DNA of 64,000 bases from IMG/VR virus record IMGVR_UViG_3300032086_002076, positions 10,351 through 74,350 of that record. The stretch is one strand, 5' to 3'. Of the stretch, positions 53,287 to 63,752 are shown one piece after another (the stretch's first letter is position 1; each line of letters begins with the position of its first letter). A program made the position numbers and the translations under genes. The stretch is from a virus (taxonomy: Duplodnaviria; Heunggongvirae; Uroviricota; Caudoviricetes). Below the pieces are notes generated by a model. The model ran no database searches, was not told the origin of the DNA, and saw only the letters and a program-made list of their open reading frames with translations.

Positions 53287-53792
53287 GTAGTTTTATAAGT
53301 TGGAAAAATGTTTTTAATACTACAGATAGTATGGAGATTTTTTCTCAGAAGTTAAAGAGAACAATAAATAGAACAAACTACCAATATTTTATACATAATA
53401 AACAAGTTTACGACATAAACGGTTATTGTATTAAAGTATCTGTGAAACAATTAGATGAAGGTGGTGTTACTGTTTTTAATAAAGCTAACAGGCTAAAAAA
53501 TTTGTATGAAAAACAAGATGAGGGAGCTATTATACAATTCAGGACACATAAGGAGTCTAAGGTTTGGCACACTGTTAGTAATAAGAAAAAAGAAGGTACT
53601 AAATACACCTTCAGTCCATTCATAGAGTATAGAGTAAGACCTGCTAGGACTAAAGAAGAAAAATATAATGATTTCTTTACTAAGTTTAAAAACCAAATAC
53701 AAAGTTATGATGACAATTTTTATTATTTAACTGAACAAGATATACTAACTATCTACGAGAATGGTTGGAAAGATAAAGGAGAAAGATATTGA
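53283..53792 (+). CDS. hypothetical protein
   Basis: 169-aa ORF. Confidence 0.5.
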   Translation: MSSFISWKNVFNTTDSMEIFSQKLKRTINRTNYQYFIHNKQVYDINGYCIKVSVKQLDEGGVTVFNKANRLKNLYEKQDEGAIIQFRTHKESKVWHTVSNKKKEGTKYTFSPFIEYRVRPARTKEEKYNDFFTKFKNQIQSYDDNFYYLTEQDILTIYENGWKDKGERY

Positions 53793-54739
53793 AACAAATA
53801 CAAGATTTATATAAGAGAATTATAGCAGAGAATGTTGTAAAACTAGAGAATGATAGCTTTGGTATTAAAATGAGAGAAACACGTTCAGGTAACACAGCAT
53901 CAAGTTTTGGACATGTGCTAGCATTCGATTTAAGAGAAGGTTTCCCTGCTGTTACAACTAAGAAATTAGCTTGGAAAGCAGTAGTCGGTGAGTTACTGTG
54001 GTTCTTATCAGGTAGTACTAACTTAAAGAAACTGAGAGAGTATACAGAACTAGACGATGATGCTTGGACTATTTGGTCAGATGATTGTAAGAGGTGGCAC
54101 AAGAATAATGAAGATGCACCTGAAGATGAAAATGACTTAGGTGAGATTTATAGTTACCAGTGGAGAGATTTTGGAGGAAGTGAACATGTGAGAAATAACG
54201 ATGGAGTTATTGAACTGTTTGGAGAACAAGGTATTGACCAGATTCAGAATCTTATAACTTCTTTAAGAGAACAACCTGAGAGCAGGTATCACTTAGTTAG
54301 TGCTTGGAACCCTGTAACAAACTCTTTACAAAAAGCAGCTCTACCACCTTGTCACTACGCTTTCCAGTGTTATGTGACAGATGAAGATGAGAATGGTATC
54401 AGGTACTTAGATTTAATGTGGCATCAGAGAAGTGTAGATAGTTTCTTAGGATTACCTTTTAATATTGCTTCCTATGGTTTATTACTAACTATTCTAGCAA
54501 GATTAACAGGGTGTAGACCTAGATTCCTAAAATGTACGCTAGGGGATACACACATCTATGAACAACACTTGGAACAATGCCAAGAAATGATTGATAGAGA
54601 ACCTTTACCTTTACCAACACTTAAGTTTAGAAAGATAGAAAGTTTAGAAGATGTCTTGACAATGAAAGCTTCAGACTTTAAACTAGACAACTATGTTAAC
54701 CATGGTGTTTTAAAAGGTAAGTTGAGTGTAGGAGAGTAA
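53789..54739 (+). CDS. thyA: thymidylate synthase (ThyA)
   Basis: Conserved motifs LPPCHYAFQCYV (active-site Cys), the WNP region SAWNPV, and DLMWHQRSVD. Confidence 0.85.
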   Translation: MKQIQDLYKRIIAENVVKLENDSFGIKMRETRSGNTASSFGHVLAFDLREGFPAVTTKKLAWKAVVGELLWFLSGSTNLKKLREYTELDDDAWTIWSDDCKRWHKNNEDAPEDENDLGEIYSYQWRDFGGSEHVRNNDGVIELFGEQGIDQIQNLITSLREQPESRYHLVSAWNPVTNSLQKAALPPCHYAFQCYVTDEDENGIRYLDLMWHQRSVDSFLGLPFNIASYGLLLTILARLTGCRPRFLKCTLGDTHIYEQHLEQCQEMIDREPLPLPTLKFRKIESLEDVLTMKASDFKLDNYVNHGVLKGKLSVGE

Positions 54740-54741
54740 TA

Positions 54742-54960
54742 TTGTTAAAAGTGGAACCTAAAGAAGGAGAATTGTACTATTTTGTTAAAGATTTGAAAGT
54801 CTGTTTTGATATATGGAAGAACAGTGAAGTAAGTGATTATGAATTGAAGATGGGTAATTATTTTTTAAGTTGGGAAGAAGCTGAAGATGCTCTTAATTTT
54901 ACTAAGCTACTTTTAGCTAGGAGAAACCAATGTGAAGAGGAGGGTAATAATGGTGTATAA
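54742..54960 (+). CDS. hypothetical protein
   Basis: 72-aa ORF. Confidence 0.35.
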   Translation: MLKVEPKEGELYYFVKDLKVCFDIWKNSEVSDYELKMGNYFLSWEEAEDALNFTKLLLARRNQCEEEGNNGV

Positions 54961-55576
54961 ATATTTCAGAATAGGAGATAAGGTTTATGACCTAGCTGGT
55001 AGTATTATAGGTGATTGGATAATTAAATTTCCAAACCCTAGTAAAACTAATATAGATTTGCATGTCATCCACACATTAACAGGAGATACAATAATAGTTA
55101 AATTGTTTGATATGGATAAAGAAACTAATAGGGTTATTTGGGATTATAAAACATTCCCTAAAGATGAAAACCTATATTTTTGTCCAGTAGAAGACCGTAA
55201 AACAGCTTTTGTTGTAACTGAAATATCTGAGGAAGGTGTTGTTATAGACGGTACTTTCACTAGTTGGGTTAGCTTACACTTGAATTATTTGGTATTGACA
55301 GATTCTGGTGTAGTACCTTGTGGTAATAAAGTAGATGAAGAAGAAAAGATTCAGGTCTTTCACTCTTATAAAAGTTTACTTTTAGGTGGAACCCACTACG
55401 AAGCAGGTACGAGAGGTGCTATGACTTACATATTAGATGAAGATGGTAATAAAGTAACTAAAGGTTATCACAGGATAAAGTTTGATTGGGACACTATGAA
55501 AATAGTAGGAAAAACAGGTAATCATGAAGAAGAAGTATTATTCACAGGTAAACCTGATAAAGAAAGTATGTTATAA
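54932..55576 (+). CDS. hypothetical protein
   Basis: 214-aa ORF. Confidence 0.5.
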   Translation: MKRRVIMVYKYFRIGDKVYDLAGSIIGDWIIKFPNPSKTNIDLHVIHTLTGDTIIVKLFDMDKETNRVIWDYKTFPKDENLYFCPVEDRKTAFVVTEISEEGVVIDGTFTSWVSLHLNYLVLTDSGVVPCGNKVDEEEKIQVFHSYKSLLLGGTHYEAGTRGAMTYILDEDGNKVTKGYHRIKFDWDTMKIVGKTGNHEEEVLFTGKPDKESML

Positions 55577-55593
55577 AGAGGAGAAAATAAATT

Positions 55594-55992
55594 ATGAATT
55601 ATTTTTATAAAGATTTTAAAAGTGTGTTAGACTTCGAGGAAGAAGTAAAACAAGTATTCAACCCAGTATTGGGAGAACATTCTAAAAGGTTTGGAGGTTT
55701 TACAATTATTGGATTGTACGAAGACAAGGTTTTTAATAAAGGGGATTTTGTAACACTTACTAAATGGTTAAGTCATCAAGATAACTCTTATAAAGGTGAT
55801 GTATTAGAAGTTTTATTAGTTGAAGGTGATTATATTATTCTAAGAAAACATAGTAAATATGATTTCGAAAAAAACAGTAATATCGTTATAAATTTAAATG
55901 ATGTAGAATTAGTACACATTTCTGATGAGTTTATCAGATTATCTGGTGTAAAAATTAAACAAGAAGAAGAAGATGAGGAGGGTCACTTTTGA
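55594..55992 (+). CDS. hypothetical protein
   Basis: 132-aa ORF with RBS agaggag. Confidence 0.5.
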   Translation: MNYFYKDFKSVLDFEEEVKQVFNPVLGEHSKRFGGFTIIGLYEDKVFNKGDFVTLTKWLSHQDNSYKGDVLEVLLVEGDYIILRKHSKYDFEKNSNIVINLNDVELVHISDEFIRLSGVKIKQEEEDEEGHF

Positions 55993-56183
55993 GAGGTTCT
56001 AGAGCAAAAGGTTTGAGAGCAACCAGTAATAAAGTTTTTACAGGAATTAAGAAGACTACATATACTAGAGATAAAGTCTCTGGAAGTATTATTATGACTG
56101 ATAACTGTGATAGAAAACTCTACAAAGGTGTTAAGAAAGCTTATAAACAGTTACAAAAAAGCCCCAACAAAGGGGCTTATTAG
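55989..56183 (+). CDS. small basic protein
   Basis: 64-aa ORF, last plus-strand gene before the strand switch. Confidence 0.35.
   Translation: MRGSRAKGLRATSNKVFTGIKKTTYTRDKVSGSIIMTDNCDRKLYKGVKKAYKQLQKSPNKGAY
56155..56182. terminator. bidirectional hairpin terminator at the convergent gene junction
   Basis: aaaaaa-gcccc-aacaaa-ggggc-ttatt between the converging genes 55989..56183 and 56185..56742. Confidence 0.5.
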
Positions 56184-56184
56184 T

Positions 56185-56742
56185 CTATAAAGGGGTTCCG
56201 CCTGTACTGGTAGAATCCATAGTAACTGTTAAAGAGTCGATATTAGAGTTGTTTCCTATTTCTCTTATCTCTATAATTAATGTACAGAATTTAGAGTTTG
56301 AATTAGAAGCAACTAATGTCCATATCTTATCAGAATCCAATGTAATCCAAGTACCTAGGGCTGCACCAGTTGGTACATCTCCAGATGTTCTAGTAGCCCT
56401 AACTTCATAGTTAGTACCGATAGGTGTACCTGACTGTACCCAGTTAGTGTCTGTGGCTCCAAATTGGTTAGAATTAGCCCTAAGACCACCATCATCAAAA
56501 ACTGTAAAAGTACAAACCTGAATACCATTACCTTCTGAAGAGATGTTTCTAGTAGTTTCAAGTATATCAACTTGTGGACTAGCAGACTTACCTCTTAAAT
56601 CATTAAAAGATATCGGCCCAGAACTGATACCAGCCAAAGACCTCACATCTGCATCATTCAAAGAAATAGGACGAGGAGTCCTTACCCCATCTAGTTCCTC
56701 AATTACGTCAAGAAAGGTTATAGCACCTGTTGGTGTAGTCAT
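56185..56742 (-). CDS. tail-fibre-associated / receptor-binding-domain-like protein
   Basis: 185-aa ORF directly downstream of the large fibre gene, rich in T/S/G/N. Confidence 0.4.
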   Translation of the reverse strand: MTTPTGAITFLDVIEELDGVRTPRPISLNDADVRSLAGISSGPISFNDLRGKSASPQVDILETTRNISSEGNGIQVCTFTVFDDGGLRANSNQFGATDTNWVQSGTPIGTNYEVRATRTSGDVPTGAALGTWITLDSDKIWTLVASNSNSKFCTLIIEIREIGNNSNIDSLTVTMDSTSTGGTPL

Positions 56743-56744
56743 AA

Positions 56745-59700
56745 CTATCTCCTTTTAAGTTCATCCACTTGCTCAGAAAGCTCCTGAATAGCCCCTACAA
56801 GAAGTGCAATTAATTCATGCCCACCAGTCTTAATTTTAAGATAATCGCTACTACCGGACTTTTTAACTAGGTTGTCGATAACTTTTTCAACATCTTGTGC
56901 AATAAGACCTGTTTCTCTCTCTTCCTTACCTTCTTTATCATATTCACAAGCTCTTAGAGATTTAACTTTTTCTAAAGGATTCTCTATAGCTCGGATATTA
57001 GATTTAGAACGTATATCAGAAGTTTGATAACCTTCTATATTACCTGTACTGTAAACATCAGCATTATTCTGGATAGTTACTTGGTCTGCATCACTGAACA
57101 CTGATGAACTAGAACCTTTAAAGAATCTAGCAATATCACCTGTACCTCTTTGATTAACAAAAAGAGGGGGTGATGTACTATTTCTTGTAAAGTACATATA
57201 GTCTGAAGCATTAGAAACTGTACCAAACCTAGGGAAAGCACTAGCTTCATAACCGTCAAGTCTGTCAGCGTCTAATGCAGAACCAGCACCATCATTACCA
57301 GCATGCCAAATAGTGTTACCTTGGAACTGTAATAGTGATTGTGTAGCATAAAAACCATTAGTAGATGTAGTACCTACTTGTAAATCACCATCTATTCTAA
57401 ACTTACCACTATTAACATAGATACCGCTAGAGAAAGAACTACTAGGGTTAAGTCTCAACCAAGTATCACTGTACTGTGCAATGATTTTATTATCACCATA
57501 CAGGTTAGTACCATTCATATACAAGTTTCTACTTACATGAGCGTCACCTGCATTATCTACTCTGAATCTTTCTACTGGAGTTTGATTATCTGCGTTAGTA
57601 GAACTTACACTAGATATTTTAATCTGATTAGTTCTAGATTCTAGAACCATACCAGCTCTACCAGTAGTTCTTAGAGTGTTAGCATTAGTACCTTCAAAAC
57701 AGTTGAAAGCAATGTAACCATTACCACTAGACCAAGCACCTAGGGTGTTAGTATAACCTAAGTTGGTATGTCCCCATTCAAAAGCACTACCAGTTCTTCT
57801 AGAATAAGCTAGAGCATTACTTTCATGTCTAGTTTCAGTACCTATTCTTAAATCAGCACTGATTCTTAAATCATTAGTGAAAGTTTTGATACCTGCTATA
57901 GATTCATCACCTGTGTCTCTTACGAAACTTGAAGCACTGATACCTTCTAACTGGTTAGCATTTATAGTCATACCAGAATGAAGAATATTATAAATATTAG
58001 TACCGTTATCGTACTGTATAGTGAAACCTTCTATAACTGTTGGGTTTGCTGGAGTACCAACTATCGTCTTATTAGAAGCATCTCTTTTGATAAGATTACC
58101 ATTAATACCACCTGTTTCTTTACCAAGCAACTCTACATTATTGTTTAAAATAACATTACTAGAATGAGTTTGAACAGCAGACCAAGTTTGAGCAGTAGCT
58201 AATCTACCAAAACTAGTAGAATTAATACCGTCTAAAGTATCAGCGTCTAGTGTTGAACCTGTGTGAAGAATATCCCTAACAGTACCATTGTCATTATATT
58301 GAAGAGAAGTACCATTTATTCTTGTAGCTGTATTAGTGTTACCTAATCTCACAATGTTAGAAGTATCTATATAAACTAATGCTCTAGGTGTACCACCAGT
58401 CTCTTTACCTTGGAAAGCAATGTTATTATTAACTACAGGAGCTGTAGAGAATGTTTGAACAGCAGACCAAGTTTGAGCAGTAGCTATTTTAGCAAAGGCT
58501 GAAGCCTGAGAACCATCTAGTAAGTCAGCATCAAGACCACTTCCAGCACCATCATTACCAGCATGCCAAATAGTGTTATTCTTATAAGTAAATTTATTTC
58601 TCTGACACTCTAATAGTGCTGTCCAAGAAACTATCTCACCTTCTTCATCTGCTGGAGCAGCATAAACTTCGATACCATCATTTAGGTCAACTCTTGTAAC
58701 AACATCAGAAATCTCATAGGTATGTTGTCCTGCAATACCAGAGTAATTAACACCATACGAAATACCACCATAGTTACCACCCGAATAACCGATAGCTACA
58801 GCTCTAGGATTACCACTTTGAGAACCACCCCAAGTTACATTATTAGTAACTGTAAGTTGTCCACCAGAAACAGTTAAACCTGTTGTGAAGTCTAAGGCTT
58901 GGTCACTTCTTAAAAACTGTGAAGCGTGTAAACCATCAACTGTGTCAGCATCTAATGTAGAACCTGAACCATCATTACCAGCATGCCAAACATTGTTACT
59001 ATTAAACTGTAAGACGTTAGAACCTAGAGTTAAGTGTCCTCCACTAAACTCGTTTTCTATTCTCATTACATCACCAGATGTAAGACCTACATAACCTAAT
59101 CTAGTAGCACCTGTTTGGTCATAGAAACCAACATATTTAGCTTCCGCTCCTACTGTTCTTCTAAGTCTAAGAGGTGTAGCTGAAGCATTGTTTACTGTTT
59201 GTATTTGAGTAAAAGTGTTAGTTGCATTATTTCTAGCTAAAACTGAAGCTTGAACTCCGTCTACTGTATCAGCGTCTAATCCAGAACCTGAACCATCATT
59301 ACCAGTGTGCCATACGTCATAAGAAGTACTATTAGCAGTTGGTGCAAATTTAAGAACACCTGTATCATTAGCCCAAAGACTAGAATAACCTGCTAAACCT
59401 GTACCAGAAGCCCTAGGCCACAATATACCTTCACTAGGTTCAGTAGATGTATCAGAAAAATACAAACCATTAAGACCTATGACATCACTGTTATCTAAAT
59501 TAAGACTATGGTTACCAGAAGTAGCATAAGCTGTTTGTCCACCTAGTAAGTTTAGTACACCAGTTAGTGTACCACCACTTTTATTTAATTTTGCATCTTG
59601 TAAAGTTTTAACCGCTAAAGGTGTAGCAGCAAAACCTGAGTTAACATTTGAAGTACTAGTTAAAGAATCACTTAATCTAACTCCACCTGTCACAGAACCT

Positions 59701-59957
59701 GTACCAGTAACTTGAGGAAGATTTGTAAGTAAAGCACCTGAGATAGCTGGTAGTGCAGGAGTACCACCGTTATCAACTAATTGTATTAAATCTCCTGTGT
59801 TTAAACCAACATCATTATCTGTTAAAAAATCAGCTAAGAGATTAGAAACAGTAATTTGATAATCTAATGCTTGACCTGTTGTACTACTCTTAACGAGCAT
59901 ATAAGCGTCAACTGGTGCATCCGTTAAACTAGGTAAATCTTGTAATTTAACTGTCAT
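56745..59957 (-). CDS. large tail fibre protein with repeated WHxGNDGxGSxLDADxLDG modules and a C-terminal intramolecular-chaperone (peptidase S74-like) auto-processing domain
   Basis: Five copies of the (I/V)WH(A/T)GNDG(A/S)GS.LDAD.(V/L)DG module. The C-terminus SDIRSKSNIRAIENPLEKV...ETGLIAQDVEKV...ELIALLVGAIQEL matches S74 chaperone-domain features. Confidence 0.7.
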   Translation of the reverse strand: MTVKLQDLPSLTDAPVDAYMLVKSSTTGQALDYQITVSNLLADFLTDNDVGLNTGDLIQLVDNGGTPALPAISGALLTNLPQVTGTGSVTGGVRLSDSLTSTSNVNSGFAATPLAVKTLQDAKLNKSGGTLTGVLNLLGGQTAYATSGNHSLNLDNSDVIGLNGLYFSDTSTEPSEGILWPRASGTGLAGYSSLWANDTGVLKFAPTANSTSYDVWHTGNDGSGSGLDADTVDGVQASVLARNNATNTFTQIQTVNNASATPLRLRRTVGAEAKYVGFYDQTGATRLGYVGLTSGDVMRIENEFSGGHLTLGSNVLQFNSNNVWHAGNDGSGSTLDADTVDGLHASQFLRSDQALDFTTGLTVSGGQLTVTNNVTWGGSQSGNPRAVAIGYSGGNYGGISYGVNYSGIAGQHTYEISDVVTRVDLNDGIEVYAAPADEEGEIVSWTALLECQRNKFTYKNNTIWHAGNDGAGSGLDADLLDGSQASAFAKIATAQTWSAVQTFSTAPVVNNNIAFQGKETGGTPRALVYIDTSNIVRLGNTNTATRINGTSLQYNDNGTVRDILHTGSTLDADTLDGINSTSFGRLATAQTWSAVQTHSSNVILNNNVELLGKETGGINGNLIKRDASNKTIVGTPANPTVIEGFTIQYDNGTNIYNILHSGMTINANQLEGISASSFVRDTGDESIAGIKTFTNDLRISADLRIGTETRHESNALAYSRRTGSAFEWGHTNLGYTNTLGAWSSGNGYIAFNCFEGTNANTLRTTGRAGMVLESRTNQIKISSVSSTNADNQTPVERFRVDNAGDAHVSRNLYMNGTNLYGDNKIIAQYSDTWLRLNPSSSFSSGIYVNSGKFRIDGDLQVGTTSTNGFYATQSLLQFQGNTIWHAGNDGAGSALDADRLDGYEASAFPRFGTVSNASDYMYFTRNSTSPPLFVNQRGTGDIARFFKGSSSSVFSDADQVTIQNNADVYSTGNIEGYQTSDIRSKSNIRAIENPLEKVKSLRACEYDKEGKEERETGLIAQDVEKVIDNLVKKSGSSDYLKIKTGGHELIALLVGAIQELSEQVDELKRR

Positions 59958-59971
59958 TTAAATCTCCTTAA

Positions 59972-61513
59972 TTATCCGTTACCAACACCAGAAATAGTTC
60001 CAATATTAGGTAAATCTTGAGGCTCTCTATAATAAATTCTCTTAATAGAGAAACCTGTAACTTTTATTGCACCAGTACTATAAGTGTACTCTATCTGTTC
60101 ATTATCTGTAGCAGCATAAAAGAACTTAGCATTGCTTTGTAAACCTGTTGGTTCCATTGGTATAAAGAATTGTGGTGCTACAACTTCATCTATATCGTCT
60201 GTGTCAATCGCTACTACTATAACCTCTTTACCTTCAAGAGTTGTACCAGTGATTATACTTCCACCGTCTGAGGAGTTTAAGTTACCACCATATTGAGACC
60301 AACTAACTTTAGGTAAGTGTGTAGCTCTAATATCAGCAAGACCATCAAACAGGGCTTTAGAAGAACTGTACTGACTTGCATTATTTAAAGTATAAGAGTT
60401 ACTAATACCAAAGTTTTGAACATTCCCTAAACCTACATTACTTTTAGTAGTATTATGAGGATTAGATAAGTTTGTGTGAGCTGTAAGTGCATCTGAAGCA
60501 ACTGTTTTAGCATTAGCAACACCATCGTTAACTGCTTTAGCTGTAGCGTATAAACTTGCATTATTATTAGTGTAACTACTAGTACTCGCATAGTTAGAAA
60601 CACTACCTAGACCAACTTGAGCTTTTGTCACTTGATGTGGATTATCTAAATTATCTAAGTGACTAGTAATATCTATACCAATACTGTTTGAGAGAGTATT
60701 ATATAAATCATTAATAGCTTTCTGTGTAGCGTACAATGAAACACTATTACCTAAATATGAGTTAGTTGGTGCGTAGTTAGCAACACTTCCTAAACCTACC
60801 TGTGCTTTTGTTACAGAATGTGGGTTAGAAGTATTACTTGTGTGGTTTGTAAGATTAGTAGAAGCTGTAGATATTGCATTATCATAAGCATCTTTTACAG
60901 ATTTAGCAGAAGCATATTTATTAGTTTGGTTATCTGTGTAAACTAAAGATATACCATAATCTAAAACATTCCCTAAACCTATTTGAGACTTAGTAACACC
61001 ATGAGGGTTATTTGTCAAACTAGTGTGAGCTGTAAGATTACTGTCAGACTCATTTTTAGAATAAACATCTAAATTAGTTCTAGCAGTAGCTTTACTTACT
61101 AAATCAGAAAGGTTATTACTAGCTGTCAATTGTAAGTTATTTGTTACATTACTTAAACCTACTTGTGTCTTAGTGACAGCGTGTGGATTATCTGTCCTAC
61201 TACTGTGTACTGCTATTTGTGTAGCTATCTCTGATTTAGAATAAACATCTAGATTAGTTCTAGCCAAAGACGCACTAGCTAAGTCAGAGAGATTAGATGC
61301 TATTTTTAATTGAGCATCATTTGTCACGTTGCTTAAACCTACTTGAGTCTTAGTAACATTGTGTGGGTTATCAATTCTATCTTCATGTTCTTTTATAAGA
61401 TTAGCATAAGTCATCTTATAATCTGTAGTACCTCTCTTAACGTGAATTAAGTCAGTATCTTGAATTGAAGAGAGAGCTGGTAAACCCGATATTTGAATAT
61501 CTAAATCAGCCAT
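59972..61513 (-). CDS. tail fibre protein with six tandem repeats of about 45 aa ending (D/S)NPH.VTK.QVGLxNV
   Basis: Repeats DNPHNVTKTQVGLSNVTN, DNPHAVTKTQVGLSNVTN, NNPHGVTKSQIGLGNV, SNPHSVTKAQVGLGSVAN, DNPHQVTKAQVGLGSVSN, SNPHNTTKSNVGLGNVQN. Confidence 0.65.
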   Translation of the reverse strand: MADLDIQISGLPALSSIQDTDLIHVKRGTTDYKMTYANLIKEHEDRIDNPHNVTKTQVGLSNVTNDAQLKIASNLSDLASASLARTNLDVYSKSEIATQIAVHSSRTDNPHAVTKTQVGLSNVTNNLQLTASNNLSDLVSKATARTNLDVYSKNESDSNLTAHTSLTNNPHGVTKSQIGLGNVLDYGISLVYTDNQTNKYASAKSVKDAYDNAISTASTNLTNHTSNTSNPHSVTKAQVGLGSVANYAPTNSYLGNSVSLYATQKAINDLYNTLSNSIGIDITSHLDNLDNPHQVTKAQVGLGSVSNYASTSSYTNNNASLYATAKAVNDGVANAKTVASDALTAHTNLSNPHNTTKSNVGLGNVQNFGISNSYTLNNASQYSSSKALFDGLADIRATHLPKVSWSQYGGNLNSSDGGSIITGTTLEGKEVIVVAIDTDDIDEVVAPQFFIPMEPTGLQSNAKFFYAATDNEQIEYTYSTGAIKVTGFSIKRIYYREPQDLPNIGTISGVGNG

Positions 61514-61524
61514 TAATTAACTCC

Positions 61525-61899
61525 TTAAAGTGCTGTTTTCTCGAATACATGAACAGAAACACCACCTACGGTATCTGTAGTTCTTGTCCAAGTACCACCC
61601 CATCTTTCCCCTGCATTAACAGCAGTAATACCAGCAGTTTGAGCGACTATCTTAATCATCCCTACTGGAACAGCACCACCATCTGTAGCAGCACCTGTAT
61701 GGTCTGTTGCAAAACCTGCTAGATGTTCTATCCACAAACCAAAGTTATTAAAAGCTTGGTTGTGCCAAAGTCTAGGCCAAGGTTCATCTTCTAGTAAACC
61801 TGTATTAACTATTTCTGGGGGTGGAAAAGTTTTTAAAGGGTTCCCATTAGGGTCATTGTCTTCTATAGACCATCTAAAAATATCTGTTTGATATGACAT
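61525..61899 (-). CDS. tail/baseplate-associated hypothetical protein
   Basis: 124-aa ORF in the structural block. Confidence 0.45.
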   Translation of the reverse strand: MSYQTDIFRWSIEDNDPNGNPLKTFPPPEIVNTGLLEDEPWPRLWHNQAFNNFGLWIEHLAGFATDHTGAATDGGAVPVGMIKIVAQTAGITAVNAGERWGGTWTRTTDTVGGVSVHVFEKTAL

Positions 61900-61909
61900 C
61901 TTTTACCTC

Positions 61910-62800
61910 CTAAGTAATTGCATCTCGTTCTTTAGGTATCGTTACTTGCACTGTATCTAACAAAATACCTTTACTATTATCTATACCAGCTACTGTAGCT
62001 TGGAATCTAGCTGTACCTGAAGAGGTATTAACCAGTAACGCTTCTTCTCCAGACGCTGTGTCCATTAAGAAGTCTTCTTCTCTAAAACTTATCTCAGGGA
62101 GAATAGCATTTGCTATTTTAGGGTCACTCTCTATATCTCCTAAAGAGAAACCACCAAATATTTCATCCCTTACAACAATATTGTCTAAACCAGCACCACC
62201 ATCAGGAGAAACTACATTGTACTCAGTAGGTGTTTCATCATTTACTGTTAATTGTTTAACATCAAATGTTATTTCTGAAGGAATGAATAGTCTAGATTTA
62301 GAACCCCTTATTACACCAAAAACACAACTACCTGTTGTTATAGGTGAAGAGTTTTTTAAATATTTAGCTTCATTACCTGTCAGTGTATAATCTGAATTAG
62401 GTGACTCACCATAAGCAAAGATACCACCTACAAAATGTTCAAAGATTTTCATATCTTCTAACAGTGTTAAAGCTTGTAGTATCTCTCTTATTTTATCTGG
62501 TGTACCGTCTGAAGCTCTTGAAAGTATTTCACCAATAACCTTATCTAATAATTCAGAATCAGGTTCAGAAGCACCTCTAGTGATATTTAATCTGTTAGCT
62601 GTTTTATCTAAAACTATACCAGACATATTTTGGTAGAGGTGTTGTTCAAATAAATCTTTATAAAAAACATCTTCTACTTCTTGAATACTTTCTGACCAAG
62701 ATTTTAATAGTGCTAATATATTAGGTTTATCTGAGAATTGTTGTAACAGTAAATCTTTTGATGACTGTTCGTGGTCATCATTATAAACTGGTAAAGGCAT
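61910..62800 (-). CDS. baseplate/tail structural protein (hypothetical)
   Basis: 296-aa ORF in the structural block. Confidence 0.5.
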   Translation of the reverse strand: MPLPVYNDDHEQSSKDLLLQQFSDKPNILALLKSWSESIQEVEDVFYKDLFEQHLYQNMSGIVLDKTANRLNITRGASEPDSELLDKVIGEILSRASDGTPDKIREILQALTLLEDMKIFEHFVGGIFAYGESPNSDYTLTGNEAKYLKNSSPITTGSCVFGVIRGSKSRLFIPSEITFDVKQLTVNDETPTEYNVVSPDGGAGLDNIVVRDEIFGGFSLGDIESDPKIANAILPEISFREEDFLMDTASGEEALLVNTSSGTARFQATVAGIDNSKGILLDTVQVTIPKERDAIT

Positions 62801-62801
62801 T

Positions 62802-63440
62802 TTAACTTACCTCCATTCTGTTTGTAGCAAAACTAGAAACCTCAGAGTTTGATATTGCAATTTTAGTTTCAACATAAGTTAAACTCACATCATCCATACC
62901 TAATGCGTTATCAGTACTAATAGCTACAGAAACTGTCAAGTCATCTATACCATCAACACCACCATAAATAGGTCCGTAGAATCTTTTAGGAGAAATATCT
63001 TCACCAATAGTGTAAGAGTCTCCAGCTATAAGAATAGCTTTCTTAATTCTCTCATCTCCATCTGCTGGATAAGTTTCTTCGTTATGTAGAGTCTTAACTA
63101 TTTTAACGTAAGCATATTGAACTGTAGGTCTTGAGAACTTAACTGTTTGTGTTTGTCCAAAATCATCTGTAATATCTACAGAAGTGTTACCTATCGTTTG
63201 AATACCAGCAGGTTTAGTTTCCCAAATAGCTTTACCTATCTCACTAGAGTCTCCGTCATAAACGGTAACTGTATAAGATTTAGGTGGAAGGTTAGGAACT
63301 AATGTTGTGTCATTTGTCCAAGTATCATTCTCATAGAAGTTAGCAGCTTGTACGTTATCTATTTTTAACATTCTTTGTACGATAGTAGAAGGTGTACCAG
63401 AACCTGTTGTTTGGAATTCTTCTAATATCCTAGCTCTCAA
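62802..63440 (-). CDS. baseplate/tail structural protein (hypothetical; TTG start)
   Basis: 212-aa ORF, tightly packed against the 61910..62800 gene. Confidence 0.45.
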   Translation of the reverse strand: MRARILEEFQTTGSGTPSTIVQRMLKIDNVQAANFYENDTWTNDTTLVPNLPPKSYTVTVYDGDSSEIGKAIWETKPAGIQTIGNTSVDITDDFGQTQTVKFSRPTVQYAYVKIVKTLHNEETYPADGDERIKKAILIAGDSYTIGEDISPKRFYGPIYGGVDGIDDLTVSVAISTDNALGMDDVSLTYVETKIAISNSEVSSFATNRMEVS

Positions 63441-63752
63441 TTCTGAGTCAGTTTCTTTTTCTCTACCTAAGTTTAAATCTGTATTATTGTTAACAGAAGT
63501 CCAACCATTAACTGGTGTATCTATATTAACTAAAGATAAAGCATCACCAACAATAAAACCAAAGTCTACTGATATTACAATAGCTGGAGTTACTACTTCT
63601 GAGAAACTTACAAAAGTACTACCAGTTATATTTAATGTTGCTGTGTTATCTACAGAAGATATTAGTATTTCATCTCCGTCTAAAGTTGAAGTGAAGATAC
63701 CTGAACCTGCTTGTAGTTCTGTATTTAAACCACTAGCTATTTCTGTTAGTGT

